A stretch of DNA of 53,838 nucleotides, taken from NCBI GenBank assembly GCA_903842025.1, contig CAIMKX010000042.1, forward strand, positions 1 to 53,838, in the 5' to 3' direction. The position numbers and the translations under genes were made by a program. Under the pieces are notes generated by a model that did not search any database, was not told the DNA's origin, and worked only from the letters and a program-made list of their open reading frames with translations. Below, in pieces: positions 40,432 to 50,864 of this stretch; the stretch's first letter is position 1, and each line of letters begins with the position of its first letter. The stretch is from an uncultured bacterium (GTDB taxonomy: Bacteria; Patescibacteriota; Minisyncoccia; Phycocordibacterales; PALSA-1337).

Positions 40432-40470
40432 CAAAAAGGCCGTCCTGATTTTGTCGAGGAACGGCTTTTT
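40432..40470. terminator. Terminator hairpin
   Basis: AAAAAGGCCGT...ACGGCTTTTT. Confidence 0.65.
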
Positions 40471-40483
40471 TGTCTTAAACAAT

Positions 40484-41305
40484 TTAGAAGCCGAACAGTC
40501 GCATGAAGAACTGGCCGATACTTGAGAACATTCCCGGTGCTTTTTGATTTACGGAGGATTGGTCAATAATGACGGACGCTGTCACGGAATTATTATTTAC
40601 CGTACCCTGAATAACCACTTTGTCACCTACCGTGATCGCGGATAATGTAATGGTCTTCTGGCCTTCATAGACTTTGGCATTTGTAGCGTCGATCGTGTAG
40701 ACAATATTGCCCGAAGTCGTGACGGAAAGCGAAGAACCGCTGATGGTCGAGACTGTCCCGGCCACAACCGGTTGGCCGTTGCCGATCACCGGCAATGTCG
40801 TACTGCCCATCATGCCGTAACCGACGCCTTTGCCGTTATTTTCTGAATCGCGGTTGCCCATCATCCCGCCGATCGCCCCGTCAATAATAGTTGTTGCGAC
40901 AACATTTGTGCCATTCACTGTTCCTTGGGCGAAGATCATATCGCCGATCGCAATACTAGAAATCGTGCCGGCGACATTGTTCTTTTTAATGGCGGCATTG
41001 GTCGCATCAACTGTAAAACTGGTAACAGCGGTCGTGGAAGCAAAACCTTGATTTCCGCTGACCGTTATAATGTTGCCGCTGATCGACACGACTTTGCCGG
41101 AAACGCCCGGTTTCATCATCCCTTGCAAGACTCCGTTGCCGCTGGCATGGCCCATCATGCCGCGAACTTGACCGGACTTTGTTTGCCCCCGTTCATTGTC
41201 ATTACCCTGGCCATTTTCGTTAGCGGCCAATGCCGGAACAGCCAAAGCCAGGCTGGCCACCAACACCAAACCCGTCGTCAAAGAAACAAGCCTTTTTGTA
41301 TTCAT
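40484..41305 (-). CDS. Secreted protein with two DUF5666-like OB-fold repeats
   Basis: Signal peptide (AVPALA) and two repeats of G-V-SISG...VDATNA...GD...QGTVN. Confidence 0.8.
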   Translation of the reverse strand: MNTKRLVSLTTGLVLVASLALAVPALAANENGQGNDNERGQTKSGQVRGMMGHASGNGVLQGMMKPGVSGKVVSISGNIITVSGNQGFASTTAVTSFTVDATNAAIKKNNVAGTISSIAIGDMIFAQGTVNGTNVVATTIIDGAIGGMMGNRDSENNGKGVGYGMMGSTTLPVIGNGQPVVAGTVSTISGSSLSVTTSGNIVYTIDATNAKVYEGQKTITLSAITVGDKVVIQGTVNNNSVTASVIIDQSSVNQKAPGMFSSIGQFFMRLFGF

Positions 41306-41465
41306 TTTATTTGTACTTGGAATTAGTCGAATAAGGAAGGTTCGATAGGCCTTCGTTGTGTAAGTACGGCTAATAGGGTGTGAATGGTGCGACAAACCGA
41401 TATCTACTTTATGGGGTACATTTCATCAGCGGAGACGGTGGGATTTCTGATTACAGGTCTGGAAC

Positions 41466-42017
41466 CTATTTAACAACAAACTTTTTAACGGCGTAATCGT
41501 AGACTTCTTCCGGCCAATATTGCTTTTTCGATCCTGTATTGGTAGATAAACCAATAACTCTCGCGACATATTCTCCACAGTCTGTTCCGGAATCTATTTC
41601 GGAATTGAGTTTGCTTTCATCTACAATGATATCAATAAAAATTGCTTTCATTCCTACTAAAGTCTTCTCCTTTGAAACATCAAAATTAGTAATTGATTTA
41701 CGTCCGTAATTAAAGCACTCGTAAATTTTGTCCTTATGAATAATCCCCACATGCCAAAATCTGCCTACCATTTTTTCTAATGGAGGATAATCCTTCGGCC
41801 TAGTCTCAATAGGTAAAAAGAAGACAGACGCTTTTGAAACCCACTTTTCTGGTATAGAAAATTCTCCGGTATTGTCATTGAGTTTCATGGGGAATTGACT
41901 GACTCTAAGAAGGCCTTTCCTTATGTGCTTTACATCTGTAGCAACATTCATGAGTTGAATACTGTTCCTATCAAATGGACTAACTATGCTTTGGTAAACC
42001 AATTTCTTTTGTGACAA
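41466..42017 (-). CDS. Chimeric ORF: NYN C-terminal tail fused to a permuted papain-like (H...C) domain
   Basis: SQFP...IPEKW resembles a NYN tail. FWHVGII...DCGEYVARVIG has His before Cys. Confidence 0.5.
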   Translation of the reverse strand: MSQKKLVYQSIVSPFDRNSIQLMNVATDVKHIRKGLLRVSQFPMKLNDNTGEFSIPEKWVSKASVFFLPIETRPKDYPPLEKMVGRFWHVGIIHKDKIYECFNYGRKSITNFDVSKEKTLVGMKAIFIDIIVDESKLNSEIDSGTDCGEYVARVIGLSTNTGSKKQYWPEEVYDYAVKKFVVK

Positions 42018-42293
42018 TTCTGATAGGAGTGACCAGATCGGAATCGTTAGATATCACGACAGCCTTTTCAAAAAGTGTATGGTGCGCGTGTATATCCGCT
42101 GGCGATTGGGTCGATCTGGGTCTTTATCACTCATGTGAACCATTATAGGTGCCGTATAATACTTTATCTTGATGATCTAGTCTTGGGGGAAACGTAGTTT
42201 GCACATTTTCAATACATCTAGCCAACGATACGGAGTATCTTTGAGACATCCGTAATACAAATTGAAACCGTCAATATAAACATATATTTTCAT
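41840..42293 (-). pseudogene. NYN (PIN-like) domain RNase pseudogene
   Basis: MKIYVYIDGFNLYYG...QD*IIKIKYYTA, with TAG at 42177-42179, an internal deletion and frameshifts around AVVISNDSDL. Confidence 0.8.
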
Positions 42294-42447
42294 CGCACTA
42301 TTGTATTCCTACAATACAGAAACCGCAACACAAGATTGCGGTTTCGCGTTCTGCCACCGAAGCGACAAAAGGTATATCAATATACTATCAAATCAAAGAC
42401 AAAAGTCAAGCAAAATTGGTGTCTACTAAATGGGGTACACTTCATTG

Positions 42448-42534
42448 CGGAGACGGTGGGATTCGAACCCACGAGGGAGTTGCCCCCCTAACACCTTAGC
42501 ACGGTGCCGCTTTCGACCGCTCAGCCACGTCTCC
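42448..42534 (-). tRNA. tRNA-Ser(GCT)
   Basis: GGAGACG/CGTCTCC acceptor stem, GCACC-GTGCTAA-GGTGT anticodon arm, long variable arm. Confidence 0.93.
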
Positions 42535-42548
42535 ATGGGTCCGCCGTA

Positions 42549-42566
42549 TCCCGATGCACATCGGGA
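42549..42566. repeat. Short palindrome TCCCGATGNACATCGGGA (second copy at 46410-46429)
   Basis: Two near-identical hairpins, each next to a tRNA gene. Confidence 0.7.
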
Positions 42567-42629
42567 GAAGGCGACCAAAAGTCGATTTGAACATTCTGGC
42601 ACAAAAACAATTTATTATCAAAATTTCCC

Positions 42630-42815
42630 TTACTTTCTTGGGATGCCCAAATCCTTACAGATTTTCTTTGCAAGAAATTCATCTATCTCAGTATGTCTCG
42701 GAACTGACGATGTCCTTCTTGAAATAGAATTCATATATATCGAATGGCGCGCACCTTCACGTACAAGAAAACACTTGAACCGCTCAATATGGCGGATAAG
42801 ATCGGTAAGCTTCAT
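42630..42815 (-). CDS. hicA: HicA family toxin
   Basis: REGARHSIY, VPRHTEI, ICKDLGI. Confidence 0.9.
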   Translation of the reverse strand: MKLTDLIRHIERFKCFLVREGARHSIYMNSISRRTSSVPRHTEIDEFLAKKICKDLGIPRK

Positions 42816-42819
42816 AAGC

Positions 42820-43056
42820 TTAAGCTGGCAGAGTTATATTGATTAATTCACGGCGCGCGGAACTATTCTTCTTGAGTTGAGAACGCGAAGAAGCTCGGTT
42901 TGTTTCAAGAATAAGCAAGAGGGCTTCCTCCAGATTTTCACGAGCTTCCTTGATTGTCTTTCCTTGTGTATTTACCCCCGGAATTTCCTCAATCCAAGCT
43001 ATAAACCATTTTTTGGTTTTTTTATATATGGCTGTAAATTGATTTTTAGTGGTCAT
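42820..43056 (-). CDS. hicB: HicB family antitoxin
   Basis: IEEIPGVNTQGKTIKEARENLEEAL. Confidence 0.9.
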   Translation of the reverse strand: MTTKNQFTAIYKKTKKWFIAWIEEIPGVNTQGKTIKEARENLEEALLLILETNRASSRSQLKKNSSARRELINITLPA

Positions 43057-43116
43057 GAACCGATTATAACACAAAAAATACCTGGCATTCTTTCCCCCTC
43101 TCGTTATAATTACCCC

Positions 43117-45465
43117 ATGTCCATAACCCTTGCCACTCGCATATCCGAATACTTCCGCATCACCCCTGTCCAGAAGGCCGCTTTGAAGAGGCTTTCGATC
43201 AATACGATCGAGGATTTGCTTTACCATTTCCCCGTCCGCTACGGCGACACCGCCAAGACAAAGAATATCGATTCATTGGAGGCCGGCGAGACCGCCGTCA
43301 TCTTCGGCAAGATTAGCGGACTCAAGGCCGGCAAGGGTTGGAAGAGCAAAGTCACCATGGCTGACGGCTGCGTCGAAGATGAAAGCGGCAAGATTCACTG
43401 CGTCTGGTTCAATCAACCCTATTTGGCCAAGATGATTCCCGAAGGCTCGATGGTTCGGATTGAGGGCAAAGTCAGTCAGAGAAGAGAAGAAAACGGCCCT
43501 TTGTATTTTTCCAATCCCAAAGTTGAAGTGGTAAATCAGTTGCCGGTCGGCGTGGGCGATTCCCTCTTTGGTGACGGCAATGAAGCCCATACTCTCTATC
43601 CGGTTTATCCGGAATCGCGAGGAATAAGTTCCAGCTGGATCTATCACGCCCTGCAAAAAGTTTTCAAGAGCGGCTTGCTCGATACCATTCAAGAGATCAT
43701 CCCCGAAGACATTCTGGCCAAATACCATTTGCCAGGAGTCAAGACTTCCCTCATTTGGATCCATACGCCTTTGAATCATGATGACGCCCTCTCAGCCCGC
43801 AAACGTTTCTCTTTTGAGGAAATATTTCTGGTCCAGCTTGGCAAGAAGCAAGCTAGGAAGAAATACGAGGCTCATCCATCATTTCTGGTTGAGACTGATT
43901 TGGATAATGTGCAAGAATTCGTTCGGCGCTTCCCCTTCCAGGCCACACACTCCCAAACAACGGCTATCGAAACCATTGTCGCCGATATGAAGAAAGGCCA
44001 AGTCATGTCTCGCCTCCTCGAAGGCGACGTCGGCTCCGGCAAGACCGCCGTGGCGGCCGCGGCCGCTTATGCCGTCATGGTTTCTAGACCAAAGCCGGTC
44101 GGATTGGCCGGTTTCAATTCGGGCGGCGCCGTTACAAATTCAAGTGATGAAAAAAGTCTTTCCAATTCATTACGTTCCGGCAATCTCCAGATCGCCTACA
44201 TGTGCCCCACGGAAATCCTAGCCATCCAACATTTCGAATCTTTCATCAAATATTTCTCCTATATGCCCATTCAAATAGGGCTGATCACCGGCTCCGGTTG
44301 CCGCAAATTCCCTTCAAAGGTCAATCCAAAGGGTTGGACCGACATTTCCCGCACCCAACTTCTCCAATGGGTCGAAAACGGCGAGGTCGCCGTCCTAGTC
44401 GGCACCCACGCCCTCATCCAAAAGTCCGTTCAATTCAAGAATCTGGCGCTGGCCATCATAGATGAACAACATCGGTTTGGTACAGCGCAGAGAGCGAAAT
44501 TGGTCAAAAAATACCAAAATCCCCCACCCTTCGGGCACCCCCTTTTTCAAAGGGGGACCGCCGAGCGGGATTCCCCCTTTGAAAAAGGGGGTGCCGAGCG
44601 AAGCGAGGCGGGGGATTTTCTGACTTCCCCTCATCTTCTTTCCATGACCGCCACTCCCATTCCAAGAACTCTGGCTTTGACAATGTACGGCGATCTCGAT
44701 CTGACCTTACTGTCCGAATCTCCCGCCGGCCGCAAACCCATAATCACCGAACTGGTCCTTCCCGGCAAACGCGACGAGGTTTATGAAAAAATCAGGCAAG
44801 AATTAAAAGCCGGCCGTCAGATGTATGTCATTTGTCCCAGGATCAACGAGCCGGATCCCGACAAACAGGACGCCCTCATCGCCAAGTCAGTCAAGGAAGA
44901 GGTCAAACGGTTGAAAAGACTTGTTTTTCCGGAATACGAAATCAGCGTCCTCCACGGCAAGATGAAACCGCGTGAAAAAGATCTGGCCATGAATGACTTC
45001 CGTTCCGGCAAAACCAATATTCTCTGTGCCACATCGGTTATCGAAGTCGGGGTTAATGTCGAAAATGCCACGATCATCATCATCGAAGGCGCCGAGCGCT
45101 TCGGACTGGCTCAACTCCACCAATTGCGCGGCCGAGTCATGAGAAGCACTATTCAAGCCTATTGCTACGCTTTCACTGAAACCAATTCGGCCAAATCTCT
45201 GGAAAGACTCAAAGCTCTCCAGTCTTCGAAGAACGGCTTCGACCTAGCCGAGTTGGACCTATCGCTTCGCGGCGCTGGTGAACTTTCCGGCGGCCAACAA
45301 TGGGGCGTCTCCGACATCGCCATGGAAGCCTTGCGCAATTTGAAAATGGTTGAGGCGGCCAGAGAAGAAGCCGCCAAACTTATAGAAGAAGATGTTGAAC
45401 TGAATAAGTATCCGCTATTGAAGAAAAGTCTGGATGTTCATTTACTTAAGGCGCATTTTGAATAA
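43117..45465 (+). CDS. recG: DNA helicase RecG with in-frame insertions
   Basis: GDVGSGKT, IIDEQHRFG, MTATPIPRTL, QLRGRV. TATAAT 6 nt before ATG 43117. Confidence 0.97.
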   Translation: MSITLATRISEYFRITPVQKAALKRLSINTIEDLLYHFPVRYGDTAKTKNIDSLEAGETAVIFGKISGLKAGKGWKSKVTMADGCVEDESGKIHCVWFNQPYLAKMIPEGSMVRIEGKVSQRREENGPLYFSNPKVEVVNQLPVGVGDSLFGDGNEAHTLYPVYPESRGISSSWIYHALQKVFKSGLLDTIQEIIPEDILAKYHLPGVKTSLIWIHTPLNHDDALSARKRFSFEEIFLVQLGKKQARKKYEAHPSFLVETDLDNVQEFVRRFPFQATHSQTTAIETIVADMKKGQVMSRLLEGDVGSGKTAVAAAAAYAVMVSRPKPVGLAGFNSGGAVTNSSDEKSLSNSLRSGNLQIAYMCPTEILAIQHFESFIKYFSYMPIQIGLITGSGCRKFPSKVNPKGWTDISRTQLLQWVENGEVAVLVGTHALIQKSVQFKNLALAIIDEQHRFGTAQRAKLVKKYQNPPPFGHPLFQRGTAERDSPFEKGGAERSEAGDFLTSPHLLSMTATPIPRTLALTMYGDLDLTLLSESPAGRKPIITELVLPGKRDEVYEKIRQELKAGRQMYVICPRINEPDPDKQDALIAKSVKEEVKRLKRLVFPEYEISVLHGKMKPREKDLAMNDFRSGKTNILCATSVIEVGVNVENATIIIIEGAERFGLAQLHQLRGRVMRSTIQAYCYAFTETNSAKSLERLKALQSSKNGFDLAELDLSLRGAGELSGGQQWGVSDIAMEALRNLKMVEAAREEAAKLIEEDVELNKYPLLKKSLDVHLLKAHFE
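44516..44619. repeat. Family-A palindromic element in frame in recG
   Basis: AAAATCCCCC...CCCCCTTTTTCAAAGGGGG...CCCCCTTTGAAAAAGGGGG...GGGGGATTTT. Confidence 0.92.
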
Positions 45466-45497
45466 CTCCCTCTTTATTACCAACTAACTAAGAACGT

Positions 45498-45590
45498 ATG
45501 ACTACATTCACCTTGATCTGTGTCTTGCTCGTGAGCTACATAGCCGGTTTCACCACTGCCATGAATATGTACGATAAGGGGACGAATTAA
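45498..45590 (+). CDS. Putative 30-aa hydrophobic small protein
   Basis: MTTFTLICVLLVSYIAGFTTAMNMYDKGTN*, followed by a hairpin. Confidence 0.35.
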   Translation: MTTFTLICVLLVSYIAGFTTAMNMYDKGTN

Positions 45591-45650
45591 AAAACGCGCT
45601 AGCTTTTGGCTTCGCGCGTTGGACTTTGGTCATAATTGAATCGATGTGTT

Positions 45651-46244
45651 TCAATCAATGACCTCATATATTTCATGTGCCCACTTCTCGCCAGCCTCCC
45701 AATCCTGGTAGGCTTCAGCGTCTTTGCGCTTAAGCCACAGCTCGCGCGCCCTCTGTTCCAACTCTTCCCTTTTGATCAGGCGACCGAGTTCCTGATAAAG
45801 CTGTCTGCCGGCGTCGTTCCAATTGCTGACGCTCCGCTGATGTTCGAGTGCTGTCCAATTATGGTAGGCGGCATGCCTAACTTGGAAAGTAAACTGTTCC
45901 CTAGTCAAGGCGCTTCGCGCCCGATAAATACGATAGTAACTGATCAGGTCATCCTCTTCGACCAGTTTGCATAGAATGTTGATATGCTTCTGATGATTAC
46001 GACATACTCCGATGAAAATACTGATGCGAGAATCTTCTTGATAACCAAAGTGAAAACCTTTACCGAACATTTTGGCAACCCTGTCGGCCGCTTCGTTCTC
46101 AATAAAGGCTTTGATTCCGTAGGATGACACGCTCTCGTTACAGACAAAACAACCCAGTGTTTTGTTGCCATCAAATCCATGCGAAATGTCGAAGTATTCG
46201 TGACCTGCAGGTCTTTCTGGTTTTACCGACACCAACTGAATCAT
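45651..46244 (-). CDS. Hypothetical protein with a possible Zn site and two DUF2934-like repeats
   Basis: CFVC...CRNH; VRHAAYHNW...NWNDA and QRARELW...DWEAGE. Confidence 0.65.
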   Translation of the reverse strand: MIQLVSVKPERPAGHEYFDISHGFDGNKTLGCFVCNESVSSYGIKAFIENEAADRVAKMFGKGFHFGYQEDSRISIFIGVCRNHQKHINILCKLVEEDDLISYYRIYRARSALTREQFTFQVRHAAYHNWTALEHQRSVSNWNDAGRQLYQELGRLIKREELEQRARELWLKRKDAEAYQDWEAGEKWAHEIYEVID

Positions 46245-46438
46245 AATATCCCCCACTTCTTGGTTGTGTTTGAAGCATTGATCGCTTCCCACCTTGTTAA
46301 GTTTCCAACATTCTCTTTTGAATCCTAGAAGAAAACAAAAAATATGTCAATGCAACGTCTTTTGCCGAAGTTATAAATTCCGTTGTTTGAAAACGGCCTG
46401 CACTTCGAAGTCCCGATGAACATCGGGACGAAGTAGTG

Positions 46439-46512
46439 TCCGCCCTCCTGGACTCGAACCAGGGACCCTCGAGGTATAAGCTCGATGCTCTAACCAACTG
46501 AGCTAAGGGCGG
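46439..46512 (-). tRNA. tRNA-Ile(TAT)
   Basis: CCGCCCT/AGGGCGG acceptor stem, TCGAG-CTTATAC-CTCGA anticodon arm, discriminator A. Confidence 0.92.
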
Positions 46513-46541
46513 GTCCTATTATATTAGAGGAAAGATAAACA

Positions 46542-48482
46542 TTACACAATCATCGACGGTATCGCCTTGCTTGGCACCAATTCATCCTTCTTTTTGACAT
46601 AAATACCCTGAGCCGTGAGAATCTTCTCATAATCTTCCCTTTCGATGGTCTCAACTTCTATAAGTTTCTTGGCGATCGCCTCAAAGGCTTTTTTGTTGCC
46701 GGTCAAAGTCTTTTCCGCGACCGTCCGGGCTTCGCTCATGATCCTCGAGACTTCCGCGTCTATTTCCGCAGAAACTTTCTCGGAATATTCATGGTCAGAG
46801 ACGCCCATACCATAAAGAACCCTGCCTTGTAGACTCTCAAGAGCAACAGGTCCGATCTTTTCCGACATTCCGTAACGGGTGACCATGTCACGGGCCAAAG
46901 CGGTAGCGACACTCAAATCATTTGAGGCTCCAGTTGTCAGATCTCCGAACATCATCACTTCAGACACATAACCGCCCAGAGAAACAGCGATGTCATCGAG
47001 GAATTCCTTGCGCGACTGCAAGCGACGCTCTTCAAACGGGAGTTTGAGCGTGTAACCGGCAGCTCGGCCGCGAGAGATTATTGAAATCTTGTGGACTGGG
47101 TCAGCGTGAGGCAAGACTGAAGAGATAAGAGCATGACCGGCTTCATGATAGGCCGTAATCTCTTTTTCCTTGATGGACAGAATATGGCTGCGACGCTCAG
47201 GACCGAGCATGACTTTCTCAATGGAACGGATCAGGTCAAACTGACCGATCTTGGCCCGGTCTTCCCTGGCCGCCAGGATGGCCGCTTCATTCATGAGAGA
47301 AGCCAAGTCAGCTCCTGAAAAGCCAGGGGTTCTTTCGGCGACAATTCTCAAATTTACATCTTCAGCCAATTGCTTTTTGGCACAATGAATTTTGAGGATC
47401 TCCTCGCGGTCATTCCTGTCAGGCAAGTCAATGACGACGCGGCGGTCAAAACGACCTGGCCTAAGAAGAGCCGGATCCAAAACGTCAGGCCTGTTCGTCG
47501 CGGCCATGACAATAACCTTTTCATTGGGCTCAAAACCGTCCATTTCAACGAGGATTTGATTTAATGTCTGCTCACGCTCATCGTTACCTCCGCCGACACC
47601 GGAACCGCGCGCTCTCCCTACCGCATCGATCTCGTCAACGAAAACTATGGAAGGTGCCGCGTCCTTGGCCATCTTGAAGAGATCACGAACTCGCGAAGCG
47701 CCGACGCCGACGAACATTTCCACGAATTCTGAACCGGAAATTGAGAAGAAAGCCACGTTGGCTTCACCGGCCACCGCCCGAGCCAATAGAGTCTTGCCGG
47801 TCCCTGGCGCTCCCATGAGAATAACGCCTTTGGGAATTTCCGCCCCGATCTCGATGAATTTTTTGGGGTTCTTGAGAAAGTCGACAATCTCCAGAAGTTC
47901 CTGCTTGGCTTCCTTGGCACCTGCCACATCCTTGAAAGTCACTCTCTGTTTCGTATCGTCCGGCAAAGTGATCCGGGCTTTGGACTGGCCGAAGGTCATG
48001 GCCTGCATGCCGGCGCCGCGCATTTGGCGGGAGATGAACCAGACGAAGAATATCAGGAATATTACCGGGATCAGGAACGGCGCCAACTGGCTCGCCCAGA
48101 ACATGAAGCCGCTCGGCTCGCCTATCGTGATCGTCGTCGAGGCCATTTTCAAGGGCGCTACCCCCAAACGAGACAATGAATCTGTCAAAGAGGCATCTGC
48201 TTCCTTCTGAGCCGTCTTGACTGACTTGTCGGCATAGGTCGCCGTAACTTGGTCGCCGTTCAGCGTAATCGAAACGATAAGGTTCTTTTGGACTCCCGTG
48301 GCGATCTCTGAAAGAGAGACCGGCGTGGCCGAAATCGTCTTGGTTGAAAATTGCGCATAAACGGCCGCGATAAAGACGAAGGTCAAAACCACTATGGCGA
48401 TAAAATTCAGGAAACTGAACTTTTGCGGAAACAGGCCGTTTCCGGCCTCTTTTTTGGGCTTTTGGGCGTTATTGTCAGCCAT
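46542..48482 (-). CDS. ftsH: ATP-dependent zinc metalloprotease FtsH
   Basis: Two TMs, [15 protein letters not shown], second region of homology, HEAGH. Confidence 0.98.
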   Translation of the reverse strand: MADNNAQKPKKEAGNGLFPQKFSFLNFIAIVVLTFVFIAAVYAQFSTKTISATPVSLSEIATGVQKNLIVSITLNGDQVTATYADKSVKTAQKEADASLTDSLSRLGVAPLKMASTTITIGEPSGFMFWASQLAPFLIPVIFLIFFVWFISRQMRGAGMQAMTFGQSKARITLPDDTKQRVTFKDVAGAKEAKQELLEIVDFLKNPKKFIEIGAEIPKGVILMGAPGTGKTLLARAVAGEANVAFFSISGSEFVEMFVGVGASRVRDLFKMAKDAAPSIVFVDEIDAVGRARGSGVGGGNDEREQTLNQILVEMDGFEPNEKVIVMAATNRPDVLDPALLRPGRFDRRVVIDLPDRNDREEILKIHCAKKQLAEDVNLRIVAERTPGFSGADLASLMNEAAILAAREDRAKIGQFDLIRSIEKVMLGPERRSHILSIKEKEITAYHEAGHALISSVLPHADPVHKISIISRGRAAGYTLKLPFEERRLQSRKEFLDDIAVSLGGYVSEVMMFGDLTTGASNDLSVATALARDMVTRYGMSEKIGPVALESLQGRVLYGMGVSDHEYSEKVSAEIDAEVSRIMSEARTVAEKTLTGNKKAFEAIAKKLIEVETIEREDYEKILTAQGIYVKKKDELVPSKAIPSMIV

Positions 48483-48521
48483 GGTCTGATTATACAGAAA
48501 AAAGCCGTAAAGGAAAGAAAT

Positions 48522-49799
48522 TTATGAAATATTATTGAATCTTTTTAGCGGTAGCTCAACCAAGACTTTTGTCCCCTTCTCCAGATTTGACTCTATGTTT
48601 ATCGTGCCGCCGTGCAATTCGATGACTTTCTTCGAGACATACAAGCCGACCCCGCTTTCATCCGGATCCATCTGGATCGCGTTGGATCCCCGATGCAGGC
48701 GGTCAAAGATATGTGGCATGTCGCTCTTCACAATGCCGATTCCGTTGTCCGTGATCTTCAACAAGGCCTTCTCGCCGTAGGCAGTGAGCGAAACATTGAC
48801 CAAGCCATTTTTGGTGTATCGGCAGGCGTTGTCGATGATGTTGCAGAGGGCCGCGTATAACTTGTCCTCATCGGCCTCCATGACCAAGGCGGCCGGCATA
48901 TCTAGACGGATCCCGGTATTGTTCCTCTTCTTGATGAAATCCAATTCGTCGGCGATCCGACGGATCATCGCCGTGAGATCCGTCGGCTTGTATTTGAGCG
49001 AGACGGACTTGTCGTCAGCCCCCTCCGCGGTCTCCAGCATCCCGTCGACTATCTCGATCGAATCCTTGACCCGCTCCAGGCTTTGGCCGACGATCTCCTG
49101 ATCCGGTTTTGCCAGGCTCGATTCCTGGTTCAAGGTCTCCAAAGCCCAACGAACGCCGGCAAGCGGCGTCCGCAATCGATGCTGGGCGACGCTCAAGAAA
49201 TCGGATTTCAAATGGTCGATATGGACGATCTCCTCCAGACGCCTGTCCGTCTCCTCCTTTTCGATCTTTTGATGGAGCGTCTCGACGACGATCCGGTACA
49301 TCAGGAAGGCGATCGATCCGATCAGGGCCGTCTGGGCCAGATGCTTGGAGATCAGATTGGGGTCGATCGCCGACCAAGGCTGAAGGAAAATGATCGCGGC
49401 ATACAGGATGACGACGAATATCCCGATGTTCCTGGTCAGTTTCTGGTCCAGATAGACGATCGAGGCGATGAAGGGGAAGATCAGCAGGAAGGAAAATGAG
49501 CTGTTGACCCCGCCGGTCATCACGATGACCATGATGAAAAGGAGAACGAACAGATAGCGGTTGATGTTGAAATAGATGTTCCTGTCGGTGATCTCGTGCA
49601 GGATGAGAAGCAGGGCGACGACCAGACCATAGGTGAGCAGGATCACCGTCATCAGCTGTTGCGGATATCCCACGACGATCCATTGGAGATTGTCCGGAAA
49701 CAAGTAGGCGGATATGCCGACCACCACCGGAGTGATGAGACCCACCAGCTCGACGCTGTAATAATGGGTATGCAGATGGAACGTCTTTTTGGAATTCAT
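48522..49799 (-). CDS. Membrane sensor histidine kinase
   Basis: Multiple TMs, H-box AQHRLRTPL, NIIDNA, DNGIGI, GVGLY. Confidence 0.92.
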   Translation of the reverse strand: MNSKKTFHLHTHYYSVELVGLITPVVVGISAYLFPDNLQWIVVGYPQQLMTVILLTYGLVVALLLILHEITDRNIYFNINRYLFVLLFIMVIVMTGGVNSSFSFLLIFPFIASIVYLDQKLTRNIGIFVVILYAAIIFLQPWSAIDPNLISKHLAQTALIGSIAFLMYRIVVETLHQKIEKEETDRRLEEIVHIDHLKSDFLSVAQHRLRTPLAGVRWALETLNQESSLAKPDQEIVGQSLERVKDSIEIVDGMLETAEGADDKSVSLKYKPTDLTAMIRRIADELDFIKKRNNTGIRLDMPAALVMEADEDKLYAALCNIIDNACRYTKNGLVNVSLTAYGEKALLKITDNGIGIVKSDMPHIFDRLHRGSNAIQMDPDESGVGLYVSKKVIELHGGTINIESNLEKGTKVLVELPLKRFNNIS

Positions 49800-49820
49800 G
49801 GGCTAATTATAGCCTATAAT

Positions 49821-50576
49821 TTACTTCTTCGAATCCCCTTTGATGGTCGCGATCGCTTCTTGTACCGTGGTCATGAACTGGGCCGGAAAGATTATCGTAG
49901 AATTTTTCTCCGTGGCGATCTCCGCCATCGTCTGCAAAGTGCGCAACTGCAAAGCCACCGGATGGGCAGAGATGAGATCCGCCGCTTCACCCAGTTTCTG
50001 CGCCGCCTGGAATTCGCCCTCGGCCGCCACGATCTTGGCCCGCCTCTCCCTCTCCGCCTCGGCTTCCTTGGCCATCGCTCTCTGCATATTGTCCGGTAAG
50101 GTAATATCTTTAATTTCAACAGCTGTTACCTGTGCACCCCAAGGCTCCGTGTGTGCGTCAATAACATCCTTAATCTGAATATTGATCTCCCCTGTCTGCG
50201 AAAGTAATTGATCCAATGAGAATTTTCCAACCACATTTCTAACGGTAGTCTGACTTATTTGATTCACGGCATCATAAACGTTCTCAATAGCCACTACTGA
50301 CTTCTTGGGATCGACGATATGATAATAAGCCACGGCGGCGATATCGATGGAGACATTGTCCTTGGTGATGATCTTCTGCGAAGGGATATTCATGGTAATA
50401 GTGCGCAAGGTCACCTTGGTCATTCTTTCCAAAATCGGTATGAGAATAATAAGCCCCGGCCCGCGCACGCCCGCGCATTTGCCCAGGAAGAAGATAACCC
50501 CACGGTCGTATTCTTTGACCACTTTGAGAGAAAGGGCCAAGAGAATGACGACGATGACGAATATGGTAAATAACAT
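49821..50576 (-). CDS. SPFH/stomatin family protein
   Basis: [34 protein letters not shown]. Confidence 0.95.
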   Translation of the reverse strand: MLFTIFVIVVILLALSLKVVKEYDRGVIFFLGKCAGVRGPGLIILIPILERMTKVTLRTITMNIPSQKIITKDNVSIDIAAVAYYHIVDPKKSVVAIENVYDAVNQISQTTVRNVVGKFSLDQLLSQTGEINIQIKDVIDAHTEPWGAQVTAVEIKDITLPDNMQRAMAKEAEAERERRAKIVAAEGEFQAAQKLGEAADLISAHPVALQLRTLQTMAEIATEKNSTIIFPAQFMTTVQEAIATIKGDSKK

Positions 50577-50621
50577 AAGAGTAATGATTATTTGTAACTT
50601 ATTAAGTCTACCACAAACCGC

Positions 50622-50855
50622 TTAATACAATCCCCATTTCTTTTTGTCCAACCCAGACTGTTCAATAATTCCCTTGAGTGTGCGCGGTTTGATTGCAACA
50701 TTTCCATGCTTTGGCACACATGCTTGCCGTGCCTTTCCATCAATATAACCAACGTAGAAATAATGGCTTCCTTTGATGTGATTTAAGAAGAAACCATTTT
50801 CTCTCAGTACAGCAGTGACATCAGAGAATTTCCAGTTAAGAACACCTTTCGGCAT
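50622..50855 (-). CDS. hicA: HicA family toxin
   Basis: KGSH, VPKHG, TLKGIIEQSGL. Confidence 0.9.
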   Translation of the reverse strand: MPKGVLNWKFSDVTAVLRENGFFLNHIKGSHYFYVGYIDGKARQACVPKHGNVAIKPRTLKGIIEQSGLDKKKWGLY

Positions 50856-50864
50856 GATCTTGAA

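Larger units (their letters stand above)
41403..42463. mobile_element. Decayed ~1-kb islet at the tRNA-Ser 3' end, bounded by direct repeats
   Basis: GCGGAGACGGTGGGATT plus ~25 bp of imperfect flank at 41403-41445 and 42422-42463. AT-rich, no integrase. Confidence 0.75.

Noticed and set aside
42177-42179. TAG in NYN as stop-codon recoding
   Set aside because: The gene also has a deletion and frameshifts, and TAG/TGA end many normal genes here, consistent with code 11.
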